A stretch of 64,000 bases of DNA, from the NCBI GenBank assembly GCA_018385315.1, contig JAHAZJ010000022.1:5850-69849 (forward strand), given 5' to 3'. Position numbers and translations under genes: made by a program. This document shows positions 27,565-37,220 of this stretch, in pieces. The notes under the pieces are model-generated. The model was not told the DNA's origin and searched no databases. It saw nothing but the letters and a program-made list of their open reading frames with translations. The DNA comes from Treponema sp. (GTDB lineage Bacteria; Spirochaetota; Spirochaetia; Treponematales; Treponemataceae). Position 1 is the stretch's first letter. Each line of letters opens with the position of its first letter.

Positions 27565-28494
27565 TTATTTTACGTATGAGTCGTAAACGTTTGGATCTAA
27601 TAACTTTATTTGTAATAATATCTCATTGACCTTATTCATGCTTTCATGTGTAAGCACATAATGGTCTATAAGCCAAAAATAACTGTTTAGCAGTTTTGGA
27701 ACCAAAATATCCGTATTACAGCAAGGATCTTTGTTTTCATTTTCCATTGCGTAAATATTTTGCTTCAATCTGCAGACTTCCTGAGAAGAAAGTCCTCGTT
27801 TTATGCTAAAGACACCGCTTAATATGCCATAAACAGGAATCCAATGAAGAAGAGGTTTTCCTGTATAACCTTTTTCACGGGTTTTTTCGATTAAGCACTT
27901 AATCAGTTCGCTGTCCAGATAATCAATGTCGATTTTTTCTGGATCGATATAAAAAGCTTCCCTAAAAAGCACTTTACCGAATCTTTCTTCACCACAAAGG
28001 GCGTAGCAATCTGCAAGCTCTGCTATAACAGAAGCCATGTTTGGATAAAACTTATTTGCTTCTGAAAGACAAACCCTTGCATTCTCAAAATTACCCATTT
28101 TTTTGTAGCAAATTCCTGCATTACGATAAACTTCTGCTCTTCGTAATAAGTCTTTTTCTTCAAAAAGCGGGGTAAAATATTCCAGAGCTTTGGAAAAATA
28201 CCCTTGTTGCATTGCTAACAATGCCGGCTGGTATTTTGTACCGTTTCCAAGGAAGTTTTGATAGGATTTCCATTCTGTAAGCAGTTTTTCACCTTGTTCA
28301 AAAGGATCAGAAATATTACTGATTCTTTTGTTTGCATCAATCCAGAAAGTACAGCAGCGGTTAGCAAATGATAATTCTGTTGATTCAAGGTCATGTTCAA
28401 ACAGAACTTCAATTACATTTTGTGCTTCCAAAGGATCGCCTGCTTCTAGAAGTGAGAGAGCCTCTTTTATATCTTCTTCCAACTGAAAATTCAT
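27565..28494 (-). CDS. TPR-like repeat protein, function unknown
   Basis: Helical-repeat composition with TPR-like stretches (AEVYRNAGICYKKMGNFENARVCLSEANKFYPN). Lies immediately upstream of greA on the same strand. Confidence 0.55.
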   Translation of the reverse strand: MNFQLEEDIKEALSLLEAGDPLEAQNVIEVLFEHDLESTELSFANRCCTFWIDANKRISNISDPFEQGEKLLTEWKSYQNFLGNGTKYQPALLAMQQGYFSKALEYFTPLFEEKDLLRRAEVYRNAGICYKKMGNFENARVCLSEANKFYPNMASVIAELADCYALCGEERFGKVLFREAFYIDPEKIDIDYLDSELIKCLIEKTREKGYTGKPLLHWIPVYGILSGVFSIKRGLSSQEVCRLKQNIYAMENENKDPCCNTDILVPKLLNSYFWLIDHYVLTHESMNKVNEILLQIKLLDPNVYDSYVK

Positions 28495-28629
28495 AGCGTC
28501 TTATTTTCATAATATAAGAGTTTTTGTTTTTAATCAATAAAAATTATATGTTTTTACAAAAAATGGGTCAAAGTTTATATACCTATTAAGATATTCTGTC
28601 AAGACTTTTTTTTAGAAAATATTTTTTTG

Positions 28630-28658
28630 TTGTAAATACAGTCTTTATTTACTATAAT
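28630..28658 (+). promoter_or_regulatory. candidate promoter of rpe (TTGTAA-17-TATAAT, 8 nt before ATG)
   Basis: TTGTAA at 28630-28635, 17-nt spacer, TATAAT at 28653-28658, then AGTACATT and ATG 28667. No SD. Confidence 0.4.
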
Positions 28659-28666
28659 AGTACATT

Positions 28667-29302
28667 ATGAATAAATTGCACTTAGCACCATCTTTGCTTT
28701 CCGCTGATTTTTCAAATCTTGAGAAAGCTGTTAAACAAATAGAAGATAACAAAGGAACTGTTGTTCATATTGATGTAATGGACGGACAGTTTGTTCCAGA
28801 GATTACATATGGACAGCCTGTTGTTCGTTCAATTAGAAAACTTACAAAGCTTCCATTCGATGTTCATCTGATGGTTATGAATCCTGAAAATCAGATTGAA
28901 CCATTTGCAAAAGCAGGGGCAGATTGGATTACTTTTCATTATGAGGCTACAGCCCATTCTCATCGCTTAATTCAAAAAATTCATGAGCTTGGAAAAAAAG
29001 CTGGAATTGCAATTTGTCCTGGAACTCCAGTTAGTGTGCTGGAAGAAATTTTGCCAGATGTAGATCTTGTTCTTGTAATGACTGTAAACCCAGGTTGGGG
29101 TGGACAGGTGCTTATTCCTGGCTGTGTTAAAAAAGTTGAGCTTCTAAAAAAAATCCGGGAAGAAAAAGGTTATAAATACATGATTTCAGTGGATGGCGGA
29201 GTAAATAAAGATACATTGCCTGTTGTCATTTCGGCTGGAACCGATGTGGTTGTTTCTGGTTCATCTTTTTTTAAAAATGAACTTGATATAAGTGATTTTT
29301 AA
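28667..29302 (+). CDS. rpe: ribulose-phosphate 3-epimerase
   Basis: APSLLSADF, HIDVMDGQFVP, DVHLMV, MTVNPGWGGQ and VDGG motifs. Confidence 0.95.
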   Translation: MNKLHLAPSLLSADFSNLEKAVKQIEDNKGTVVHIDVMDGQFVPEITYGQPVVRSIRKLTKLPFDVHLMVMNPENQIEPFAKAGADWITFHYEATAHSHRLIQKIHELGKKAGIAICPGTPVSVLEEILPDVDLVLVMTVNPGWGGQVLIPGCVKKVELLKKIREEKGYKYMISVDGGVNKDTLPVVISAGTDVVVSGSSFFKNELDISDF

Positions 29303-29320
29303 TATAATTCAGGGGTATTC

Positions 29321-30256
29321 ATGACATTAAAGAAATTTCTGACAGGAAGTGCGTTGCTTCTTTTTTTCATAGCTTCTCCAATATTTGCCAATGATACTAA
29401 TTCTGCTGCTTTTTATTCAGAAGGCTGTTCTGCTTTTTCACGGGGAGAGTGGGATTCTGCAGTGTTTTTATTAAGACAAACGGTTTCTGATCCAGCTTTT
29501 AATACAGCAGATGCAAATTATATGCTTATTACTGCAGAAATTTACGCAGGGGATGAAAAGAGTGCATTATCTGATTGTGATGAATACTTAAATTCTTTTC
29601 CAAATTCATTTTATTATTCCAGGATTCAGTATACAAAGGGAAAGCTTTTATACAAATTAAAAGAATATGAAAAAGCAATTATTACATTAAGTGATTTCTG
29701 TCATAAAAATCAGAACAGTGAATTATATCCATCAGCATTATTTTATATTGCAGAATCTCTTTATGCAGATTACAAATACGAAGAAGCTGAAGCAATTTAT
29801 GAACGAATTGTAAAAGAATATCCCGACACAGAAAAAGTTTCTGCATCACAATATAGACTTGAAAGTATTGCACAACGTTCTCGGGAAGAAAAGCTTCTCT
29901 ATCTTTTGAAGCAGACTGGTGAAGAATATCTTTCTGCAAAAGAGGATTATGAAAAACAGTTGAAGCTTTCAAATTCTGACTCAATAACAAGGGAAAAACT
30001 GGTAGACATTCAACAGAAAAATAAAGATCTTGAAGAACAGATTCAAGAAATGGAAGATCAGATTCAACAGCTGAAGATTCTGCAGGCTGAAAAAGATGCC
30101 CAGATTGCTCAGAAAGAGGCTGATGAGCAGAAAAGAATACAGGAAGCTGAATTAGAAAAACTAAATCAGCAGAAGCAGAATCAGGAAAATATCAGAAAAT
30201 TAAAAGATAAGGCTCAGATTCTTCAGCAGATGATGGATAAAAAGAAAGGGGAATAG
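29321..30256 (+). CDS. secreted TPR protein with Q/E/K-rich C-terminal coiled coil
   Basis: Signal peptide (...FFIASPIFA), TPR-like repeats, then DLEEQIQEMEDQIQQLKILQAEKDAQIAQKEADEQKRIQE... Confidence 0.6.
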   Translation: MTLKKFLTGSALLLFFIASPIFANDTNSAAFYSEGCSAFSRGEWDSAVFLLRQTVSDPAFNTADANYMLITAEIYAGDEKSALSDCDEYLNSFPNSFYYSRIQYTKGKLLYKLKEYEKAIITLSDFCHKNQNSELYPSALFYIAESLYADYKYEEAEAIYERIVKEYPDTEKVSASQYRLESIAQRSREEKLLYLLKQTGEEYLSAKEDYEKQLKLSNSDSITREKLVDIQQKNKDLEEQIQEMEDQIQQLKILQAEKDAQIAQKEADEQKRIQEAELEKLNQQKQNQENIRKLKDKAQILQQMMDKKKGE

Positions 30257-30259
30257 ACT

Positions 30260-31573
30260 ATGAAGATTAAAATAACATGTAAGATTTTACTGATTGCTTT
30301 ATTTAATGTAGCCTTGTTCTCTTGTGCAGCAACTCCAAAAAAAACTAGTGATGAAATTACAGAAGATGAATTTGTTTTTATGACTCCAGAACAGATGAAA
30401 GAGGCCGCTAGAAAACAGGCAGAAGCAGAACTGTTTGAATTGGGATGGACAAAAAAATCTTCAAAAAACGTTGATGCTACATATGGAAATGTTCGTCTTA
30501 GAGCAAGAAAATCCTATGGAACATTTAATATTTCTATTGTAAATGAAAATGGAAAAACAATTCCTGCTCTTTCTACTTCAAACGAATATATTACCTCTGC
30601 CTTTTATTTAAAAGCTGGTAAAAAAGTTATTAAATTAAATCAGAATTCCTCTGTAAAATCATATTCAAGAGAAACTGAAAATGGAATGCAGGTAATTTAT
30701 GTAATTGATGGTCTTGCAAATGTGGTTCTGGATTTTAGTTGTTTTTCTTCAGATCCAAAAAATATGGATATTAATAGTGTAAAAATTACTGCGGCAGTAA
30801 AAAATACAGGTAAAAAGAAGGGAGACTTTGCATTGAAAATGGTGTTTGATACAGTTCTTGGTGAAACTGACAGACATCACTTTTATTCCTCTGACGGATT
30901 ACCAGTTAAAAGTGAAAAAGAATATAGAAATATTAAGCAGGATGATTGGTTTGTATCTCAAAATGCAAATGGGTCTATGATGTTTACTTTTGCAGGGCTT
31001 GAAGCAACGGCCCCTGTTTTAGTTGCAATGGCAAATTACAGCACTTTTGAAAATGGCGGATGGATTCCAAATATGTTGGATTACAGATCTTTTGATACAA
31101 TTCTTTCATATAATAATTCTGCAGTTGGTGCGGTGTGGGAAGACAAGAAGCTTTCTGTAGATGAAATATTCAGTGAAGTATTCTATGTTACTCTCTCTTC
31201 AGTGGATGAAAAAATTACTTCCAATGTTTTGATTAAATCCACAGAAAAAAATGAAGCAAAGAAGAATGATAAAAATTCTGTAGAGCCAGCACAGAAGCAG
31301 GATGAAAATGATTCTGCAGCAAATTCAAAGACTGATAATACTGTTTTGGATGAATCTAAAAAAGAAGAGTTAAACAACCAGGATTCTACAGAAGAGACAA
31401 TTAAAGAAGAACCGGTAAAACAGAATTTATCTAATGAAAAATATTCTGATGAGTATATTCAGATGCTTCTTGATAAGATTGAAATGTTGAAGGAAGATGG
31501 TTCTGTGAATCAATCTGAAATTGATGTTTTAAATGCTGAACTTGATTTAATTTTTGAATCTATGGTGAAATAA
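30260..31573 (+). CDS. putative lipoprotein, function unknown
   Basis: Lipobox-like ALFSC after a hydrophobic signal. Acidic low-complexity C-terminal third. 3-nt gaps to both neighbours. Confidence 0.6.
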   Translation: MKIKITCKILLIALFNVALFSCAATPKKTSDEITEDEFVFMTPEQMKEAARKQAEAELFELGWTKKSSKNVDATYGNVRLRARKSYGTFNISIVNENGKTIPALSTSNEYITSAFYLKAGKKVIKLNQNSSVKSYSRETENGMQVIYVIDGLANVVLDFSCFSSDPKNMDINSVKITAAVKNTGKKKGDFALKMVFDTVLGETDRHHFYSSDGLPVKSEKEYRNIKQDDWFVSQNANGSMMFTFAGLEATAPVLVAMANYSTFENGGWIPNMLDYRSFDTILSYNNSAVGAVWEDKKLSVDEIFSEVFYVTLSSVDEKITSNVLIKSTEKNEAKKNDKNSVEPAQKQDENDSAANSKTDNTVLDESKKEELNNQDSTEETIKEEPVKQNLSNEKYSDEYIQMLLDKIEMLKEDGSVNQSEIDVLNAELDLIFESMVK

Positions 31574-31576
31574 TTT

Positions 31577-32680
31577 ATGGCACAAGATGTTTTATCTTTA
31601 GCATGGAAATACATGCGCAGGCGTAAATTTTCAACTGCCCTAAATTTGCTTGAAGCTCGTGCAGATGTTTATGAAGATGATTTTGAATATTATCTTGTAA
31701 TGGGAATTGCATGTCTGTATGCAGGTGATATTGGATCTGCAACCTCAAATTTCCAATATGCAAGAAGAATTAAGATGACAGATCCTCGCCTTTTATTGGG
31801 GCAGGCTGCTATTTTTCTTAGACGAGGAGATACAGACCGTGCTCTGCAGTATTATCTGGAGGTTCGGGAATATGATCCTGGGAATCAGATTGCAACTGAT
31901 GCAATAGAGTTTATTAGAACTCGTGGTGATTTTGATACAATTTGTCGTTGGGCTGATACAGGTCGTTTGGAACAATTTTATCCTCCTTTGGGTTTAAATC
32001 CGGATAGAACGGCAAGCATTGTAATTCCTGTTGTAGCTCTTGTTTTGGGGTGCCTTGTTGCATTCTCTTTAATTCCTAGAAATAATTATGCAGATGGAAA
32101 ACGAAAAGATTTAACAGAGCTTACTTTGTCGAAAGAAGAAGAGAAAGCTCCTCAGGAAACAGATTTATCATCTCAATCATTTAAATATATTCTTACTAAT
32201 AAACAGATTACAGAAAGTTATTCCAATATTCTGATGTATTTTCAGGCAAGAAGAGATAATGCTGTCCAAGTTGAAATTAATCGTCTTTTAAATTCAAATG
32301 CGAAATTGTCAATAAAGCAGAAAGTTTCTATTTTGATGACATATCTGGAAACCCCAACTTTTGATTCTATAACTGATGTGCCAACATATGCTCAGGTTGA
32401 TGCTGACACTGCATTATATTTGGATTGTTATGTAGACTGGTCTGGACGTATTTCTGATGCGATTCTTGCGGAAGATGGATCCTATTCATGTCGTCTTCTT
32501 GTAGGATACGATTCTGGTGAAAAAATTGATGGAATTGTTACTGTAAAATTTGATAGAGATCCAAAAATTGTAACAGATCAAAGTGTAAGAATTCTTGGAA
32601 AACTTTCTCAGGAAGATAAAAAGATTTATATACAAGGAAAGGCTGTATATCAGTCTGTTAAAGAGGGATTAATTCAATAA
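31577..32680 (+). CDS. membrane-anchored TPR protein, function unknown
   Basis: N-terminal TPR-like repeats (GDTDRALQYYLEVREYDPGN), one central TM helix (IVIPVVALVLGCLVAFSLI), and a C-terminal extracytoplasmic domain. Confidence 0.6.
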   Translation: MAQDVLSLAWKYMRRRKFSTALNLLEARADVYEDDFEYYLVMGIACLYAGDIGSATSNFQYARRIKMTDPRLLLGQAAIFLRRGDTDRALQYYLEVREYDPGNQIATDAIEFIRTRGDFDTICRWADTGRLEQFYPPLGLNPDRTASIVIPVVALVLGCLVAFSLIPRNNYADGKRKDLTELTLSKEEEKAPQETDLSSQSFKYILTNKQITESYSNILMYFQARRDNAVQVEINRLLNSNAKLSIKQKVSILMTYLETPTFDSITDVPTYAQVDADTALYLDCYVDWSGRISDAILAEDGSYSCRLLVGYDSGEKIDGIVTVKFDRDPKIVTDQSVRILGKLSQEDKKIYIQGKAVYQSVKEGLIQ

Positions 32681-32778
32681 ATATAAAAAAAGTGTAAAAA
32701 AAATGAAAAAAAAATCTTAAAAATGGTCTTTTTTTACACTTTAAAGCCATATTATACATGGGAGGAAGGTGGCTGATC

Positions 32779-33927
32779 ATGACAAATGGAAATTCAAATT
32801 CGATGGATTTGTCGGAAAAAATGAAAGCTCTGGAGGCAGCTCGTCTTCAGATTGAAAAACAGTTCGGACAGGGATCTTTAATGCGACTTGGTGACAAAGC
32901 AAATGTTACTGGTGTTGAAGTTATTCCTTCTGGTTCTATTTTGCTTGATGAAGCATTAGGAATTGGAGGATACCCTAAAGGACGTGTTATTGAAATGTAT
33001 GGTCCAGAAAGTTCTGGAAAGACTACTCTGGCTTTACATGCTATTGCGGAAGCTCAGAAACTTGGTGGTGTTGCGGCATTTGTTGATGCGGAACATGCTT
33101 TGGATCCAGTTTACGCTAAGAATTTAGGTGTTAATATTGATGAATTGTGGGTTTCTCAACCAGATACTGGTGAACAGGCTCTTGAGATTACAGAAAATCT
33201 TGTAAGAAGCGGGGCAGTTGATATTGTAGTTGTTGACTCTGTAGCAGCTTTGACTCCTGAAAAGGAAATTGAAGGTGAAATGGGTGATGCAGTTATGGGT
33301 ATGCAGGCTAGACTTATGAGCCAGGCTTTGAGAAAACTTACTGCTGTAATTGGAAAGGCAAACTGTATTGTAGTATTTATCAATCAGATTCGAATGAAAA
33401 TTGGAGTTATGTTTGGTAACCCTGAAACTACAACAGGTGGACAGGCTTTAAAATTTTATTCTTCTGTTAGACTTGAAATTCGTCGTATTGAAACTATTGA
33501 TGGTAAAGGTGATGAAGAAGCTCTTGGTAACAGAGTTAGAGTTAAGGTTGTTAAGAATAAAGTTGCGCCTCCTTTTAGAAAATGTGAAATTGATATTTAT
33601 TTTGGTAAAGGTATTTCTGCTTCTGCAAGTTTATTGGATTCGGCTGTAAAACATGGCATCATTGATAAACGTGGTGCATGGTATACAATGGGTGAAGAAA
33701 AAATTGGACAAGGAAAGGAAAATGCTGTTAATTATATTGAGCAGAATCCTGAACTGGCAAAGAATATTGAAGCAAAAATCCGCGCTGAGATTTTTCCAAA
33801 TCAGGTAATTGAAGCAAAAGAAACTGATGAAGGAAAGAAAAAGGCCGTAAAAGAAACAGTGTCAAAAGCAGCAGCTGCAAAAGCTGATGTAAATGAAGCT
33901 GGAAAAATCCAAGATGGTTTATTTTAA
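32779..33927 (+). CDS. recA: recombinase RecA
   Basis: [22 protein letters not shown], Walker [25 protein letters not shown]. Start moved to ATG 32779 (MTNGNS...) with GGAGGAAGGTGG upstream. Confidence 0.95.
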   Translation: MTNGNSNSMDLSEKMKALEAARLQIEKQFGQGSLMRLGDKANVTGVEVIPSGSILLDEALGIGGYPKGRVIEMYGPESSGKTTLALHAIAEAQKLGGVAAFVDAEHALDPVYAKNLGVNIDELWVSQPDTGEQALEITENLVRSGAVDIVVVDSVAALTPEKEIEGEMGDAVMGMQARLMSQALRKLTAVIGKANCIVVFINQIRMKIGVMFGNPETTTGGQALKFYSSVRLEIRRIETIDGKGDEEALGNRVRVKVVKNKVAPPFRKCEIDIYFGKGISASASLLDSAVKHGIIDKRGAWYTMGEEKIGQGKENAVNYIEQNPELAKNIEAKIRAEIFPNQVIEAKETDEGKKKAVKETVSKAAAAKADVNEAGKIQDGLF

Positions 33928-34490
33928 TGAAAAGAATAATATTAGGACTTGGTTCTAATAAAAGTTTTAATGGCAAGTCTTGTTTGGAATTATTGAATGA
34001 CGCTTGCCATGATTTGACCACTCTTCTAAAAAATGTGATTGTATCTTCTGTATATAGAACAAAAGCTATGTATGTTACAGATCAAGATGATTTTTACAAC
34101 ATGGCTTTATTGGGATATGTAACGGAAGATTACAATCCTTTTTTTCTTTTAGAACAGATTCATGAAATAGAAGAAAAATATGGTCGAAATAGAGAAAAAG
34201 AAATAAGATTTGGACCTCGTTCACTGGATATTGATATAGAAATTTTTGGTGATGAAGTTATAAATACTCCAGATTTGCAAATTCCACACATAAGATTTGA
34301 AGAAAGAGCATTTGTTTTGATTCCAATGCTTGAGTTATTAGAAAAATGTTCCGATGATTTACTAAAGGAAAAATGTGAAAAATGTCTGATGGTGCTGAAA
34401 GAGAAAGGTGAGACATCGGATATTAAGAAAATTGTTTCTTCCTCAAATTTTATTTTTTCTAAAGGTGGAAAATATGGGACAAATGGCTAA
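33927..34490 (+). CDS. folK: 2-amino-4-hydroxy-6-hydroxymethyldihydropteridine diphosphokinase (HPPK)
   Basis: GLGSN..., YRTKAMY, RFGPRSLDIDIEIFG and PHIRFEERAFVLIPM blocks. TAATG overlap with the recA stop. Confidence 0.85.
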   Translation: MKRIILGLGSNKSFNGKSCLELLNDACHDLTTLLKNVIVSSVYRTKAMYVTDQDDFYNMALLGYVTEDYNPFFLLEQIHEIEEKYGRNREKEIRFGPRSLDIDIEIFGDEVINTPDLQIPHIRFEERAFVLIPMLELLEKCSDDLLKEKCEKCLMVLKEKGETSDIKKIVSSSNFIFSKGGKYGTNG

Positions 34491-35289
34491 TAGTGTTGCT
34501 GATACTGTAGTTGCAACAAAAGAAAAACATGCTTATAGAGCAGGCGAATTTGAAGGGCCTTTAGACTTACTTTGGACACTTATTCGTGAAAGTAAAGTTA
34601 ATATTTATGATATCCCAATTGCACAGATTACGGAACAGTATCTTGAATATCTTGATTATGCTGTAAAAACAGATTTGGGAGACTTGTCTGAATTTTACAG
34701 TTGGGCAAGCAAACTCATTTATATAAAAAGCAGAATGTTGCTTCCTGTAGAATTTAATTATGAAGATGAGGAAGAAGAAGATCCAAGACAGGAATTAGTT
34801 GATAAATTAATTGAATATCAGAAATTCAAGAAGCTTACCTCTTTAATGGAAGAGCAGGAAGATAGTTCTGAATGGAATTTTGAGCGAAAGAAAATTCAAC
34901 GGGTTTTGCCTTTTGATGAAAGTGATCAGATGTGGGAAGAAGTTGATACTTGGGATTTATTGCAGCAAATGCAGTCGCTTTTTAAATCCATGATGAGCCA
35001 GTATTCAAACGAAAAAATCCTGAACATGTATGAAGAAATCTCTGTTAATGAAAAAATTACATTGATGAATGAATTAATAGAAGATAAAAAAGAATGTATG
35101 TTTACAGATTTGCTGACTCGCCCTGGAAATGAAATGGACATTATTTGTGCTTTTATGGCAATTCTTGAAGCTGTAAAATTTAGAATGATTAGAATTCTAC
35201 AGAATAAAATTTTTGGTGATATTAAAATAACTGCAAGAAAAGATTCTGACGGATATGTTCCAACAGAAGAAGAATTAACATCAAATTAA
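34474..35289 (+). CDS. scpA: segregation and condensation protein A
   Basis: FEGPLDLLWTLIRESKVNIYDIPIAQITEQYLEYL is the ScpA N-terminal signature. Start moved to ATG 34474 with AAAGGTGGA upstream. Confidence 0.85.
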   Translation: MGQMANSVADTVVATKEKHAYRAGEFEGPLDLLWTLIRESKVNIYDIPIAQITEQYLEYLDYAVKTDLGDLSEFYSWASKLIYIKSRMLLPVEFNYEDEEEEDPRQELVDKLIEYQKFKKLTSLMEEQEDSSEWNFERKKIQRVLPFDESDQMWEEVDTWDLLQQMQSLFKSMMSQYSNEKILNMYEEISVNEKITLMNELIEDKKECMFTDLLTRPGNEMDIICAFMAILEAVKFRMIRILQNKIFGDIKITARKDSDGYVPTEEELTSN

Positions 35290-35840
35290 TGGATATAAAT
35301 ATGGAATTTAATAAAGAAACAGCTTTAGTGGAAACAATTCTCTTCTTAGAAAGTGAACCACTTACTGTAAAGGTATTATCTAATAAAGCCCAATTATCTG
35401 AAGAAGTTGTTGATAAATGTATTGAAAAACTTCAGGAAAAATATGCTTCGGAAGATTCTGGCATAGAACTTGTAATGATTACAGGCGGATGGTGTCTATC
35501 ACCAAAAAAAGAGTATTGGGATGTTTTAAAAGAATTTTATGGTTCTAAGAGAGAAGGTCGCCTGTCGAAATCTGCAATGGAAACATTATCTATTATTGCA
35601 TATTCCCAACCAATTACTCGTGCGGAAATAGAGTCTATTCGTGGAGTTAGTGTTGATAATATGATTCGTCTTTTAATTGAAAGAAATCTTATTAAAGAAG
35701 TAGGTAAAAAAGAAGTTCCTGGAAGACCAACGCTTTTTGGAACTACAAAAGAATTCTTAAAATTGTTCAGATTGAATAGCATTTCAGAATTACCTAAGCT
35801 TGATGAAAATGAACAGGAGAGATTCGAACTTGCAAGATAA
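35289..35840 (+). CDS. scpB: segregation and condensation protein B
   Basis: ETILFLESEPLTV and SKSAMETLSIIAYSQPITRAEIESIRGV winged-helix blocks. Overlaps the scpA stop. Confidence 0.85.
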   Translation: MDINMEFNKETALVETILFLESEPLTVKVLSNKAQLSEEVVDKCIEKLQEKYASEDSGIELVMITGGWCLSPKKEYWDVLKEFYGSKREGRLSKSAMETLSIIAYSQPITRAEIESIRGVSVDNMIRLLIERNLIKEVGKKEVPGRPTLFGTTKEFLKLFRLNSISELPKLDENEQERFELAR

Positions 35841-36558
35841 CACAGAAGATAAAATCAGATTACAGGTATTTCTTGCTCATTGTGGTGTTGCCAGCAGAAG
35901 AGCTAGTGAAACTATTATTCTTGATGGACGTGTAAAAGTAAATGGAATTGTAATTACTGAGCTTGGTACTAAAGTTAGTAATGATGATGTGGTTGAAGTT
36001 GATGGAAAAAAAATTGCCCTTGAAGCAGAAAAAAGATATGTTTTGTTGAATAAACCTGCAGGATTTGTTTGTTCTTCATCTGATGAAAAGGGAAGAGAAG
36101 TTGCTGGGGATTTACTAAAAGATAAGTATTCAGAACGCTTATATAATGTAGGGCGTTTGGATATGTATAGTAAAGGAATGATTCTGTTTACTAATGATGG
36201 TGATTTTGCTGCAAAATTATCACATCCCTCTAGTCAATTAGAAAAAGAGTATATAGTAGAAACAAGTCAGGATGTTCCTGAAGATTTTCCAGCCCGCTTT
36301 GAAAAAGGTATGCGAATTGACGGAACTTTTTATAAATGTGTTTCCTGCAAAATTCTTAAACCTCGAAAAATAAAAATCATACTGATTGAAGGAAAAAATA
36401 GAGAGATTCGTACTGTTCTTGAAAGTCAAAACATTGGTACAAAATCTTTGGTTCGTGTTAGAATTGGTAATGTGACACTGGATGAGTTAAAACCTGGAGA
36501 TTCTCGTGATTTAACCCCAGCTGAAGTGCAGGGATTATTAAAACTTGTTCATAAATAG
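35800..36558 (+). CDS. rluB: RsuA/RluB-family pseudouridine synthase with S4 domain
   Basis: S4 domain RLQVFLAHCGVASRR...LDGRVKVNG and catalytic NVGRLDMYSKGMILFTNDG. Exact start is uncertain (ATGs at 35800, 35803 and 35809). Confidence 0.85.
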   Translation: MMKMNRRDSNLQDNTEDKIRLQVFLAHCGVASRRASETIILDGRVKVNGIVITELGTKVSNDDVVEVDGKKIALEAEKRYVLLNKPAGFVCSSSDEKGREVAGDLLKDKYSERLYNVGRLDMYSKGMILFTNDGDFAAKLSHPSSQLEKEYIVETSQDVPEDFPARFEKGMRIDGTFYKCVSCKILKPRKIKIILIEGKNREIRTVLESQNIGTKSLVRVRIGNVTLDELKPGDSRDLTPAEVQGLLKLVHK

Positions 36559-36572
36559 AAAGGAGAATAGAT

Positions 36573-37205
36573 ATGATTATTGCTATTGATGGTCCAGCAG
36601 GTACTGGGAAAAGTACCATTGCCTCAATGATTGCTGAAAAATTAAAGATTACATTTTTGAATAGTGGTGGTTTTTACAGGGCCTTTACAATTGCTATTCT
36701 TGATGGGGGAATCGATTACAGCAAAGAAGATGAAACTGTAGAATTCTGTAAGAAACAGAAACTTGAATATACAAAAGAAAGTCATTTTATTTTGAATGGA
36801 GTAGACGTTACTGCTCATCTTCATGATGATAGAGTTGCTAAAAACGTGGCTCAGGTTAGTGCCATAGTTCCATTAAGACACTATGTAAATGATTTAATGA
36901 GAGAAATCACAAAATCACTTAGTATTGTTTGTGAAGGTCGTGATATGACAACCGTTGTATTCCCAAATGCGGAATGTAAGGTTTTTCTTGATGCATCTGC
37001 AGAAGTTCGAGCAAAAAGGCGCTTTGATCAGGGTGTAAGTGACATGACTTTGGAACAAATAAAAGAGTCAATTGAAAAGAGAGATGAAATTGACAGAAAC
37101 AAAAAAGAAGGGGCCCTTAAGGTTGCTCCTGATGCTTTGTATTTAGACACTTCTAACTTGACGATAGAAGATGTTTGTGCCATAATATTAAAACAAATTT
37201 CATAA
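36573..37205 (+). CDS. cmk: cytidylate kinase
   Basis: IIAIDGPAGTGKSTIA P-loop, CEGRDMTTVVFP, RRF. Classic cmk-rpsA pairing. Confidence 0.9.
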   Translation: MIIAIDGPAGTGKSTIASMIAEKLKITFLNSGGFYRAFTIAILDGGIDYSKEDETVEFCKKQKLEYTKESHFILNGVDVTAHLHDDRVAKNVAQVSAIVPLRHYVNDLMREITKSLSIVCEGRDMTTVVFPNAECKVFLDASAEVRAKRRFDQGVSDMTLEQIKESIEKRDEIDRNKKEGALKVAPDALYLDTSNLTIEDVCAIILKQIS

Positions 37206-37220
37206 ATATAAGGGTTTACA

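Noticed and set aside
32689-32742. 14-bp A/T-only inverted repeat with a 26-nt loop upstream of recA, considered as a terminator or SOS-type operator
   Set aside because: The stem is almost pure A-T with a very large loop and no distinct U-tract, and there is no LexA-box-like motif. It most likely reflects A/T homopolymer runs in intergenic DNA.
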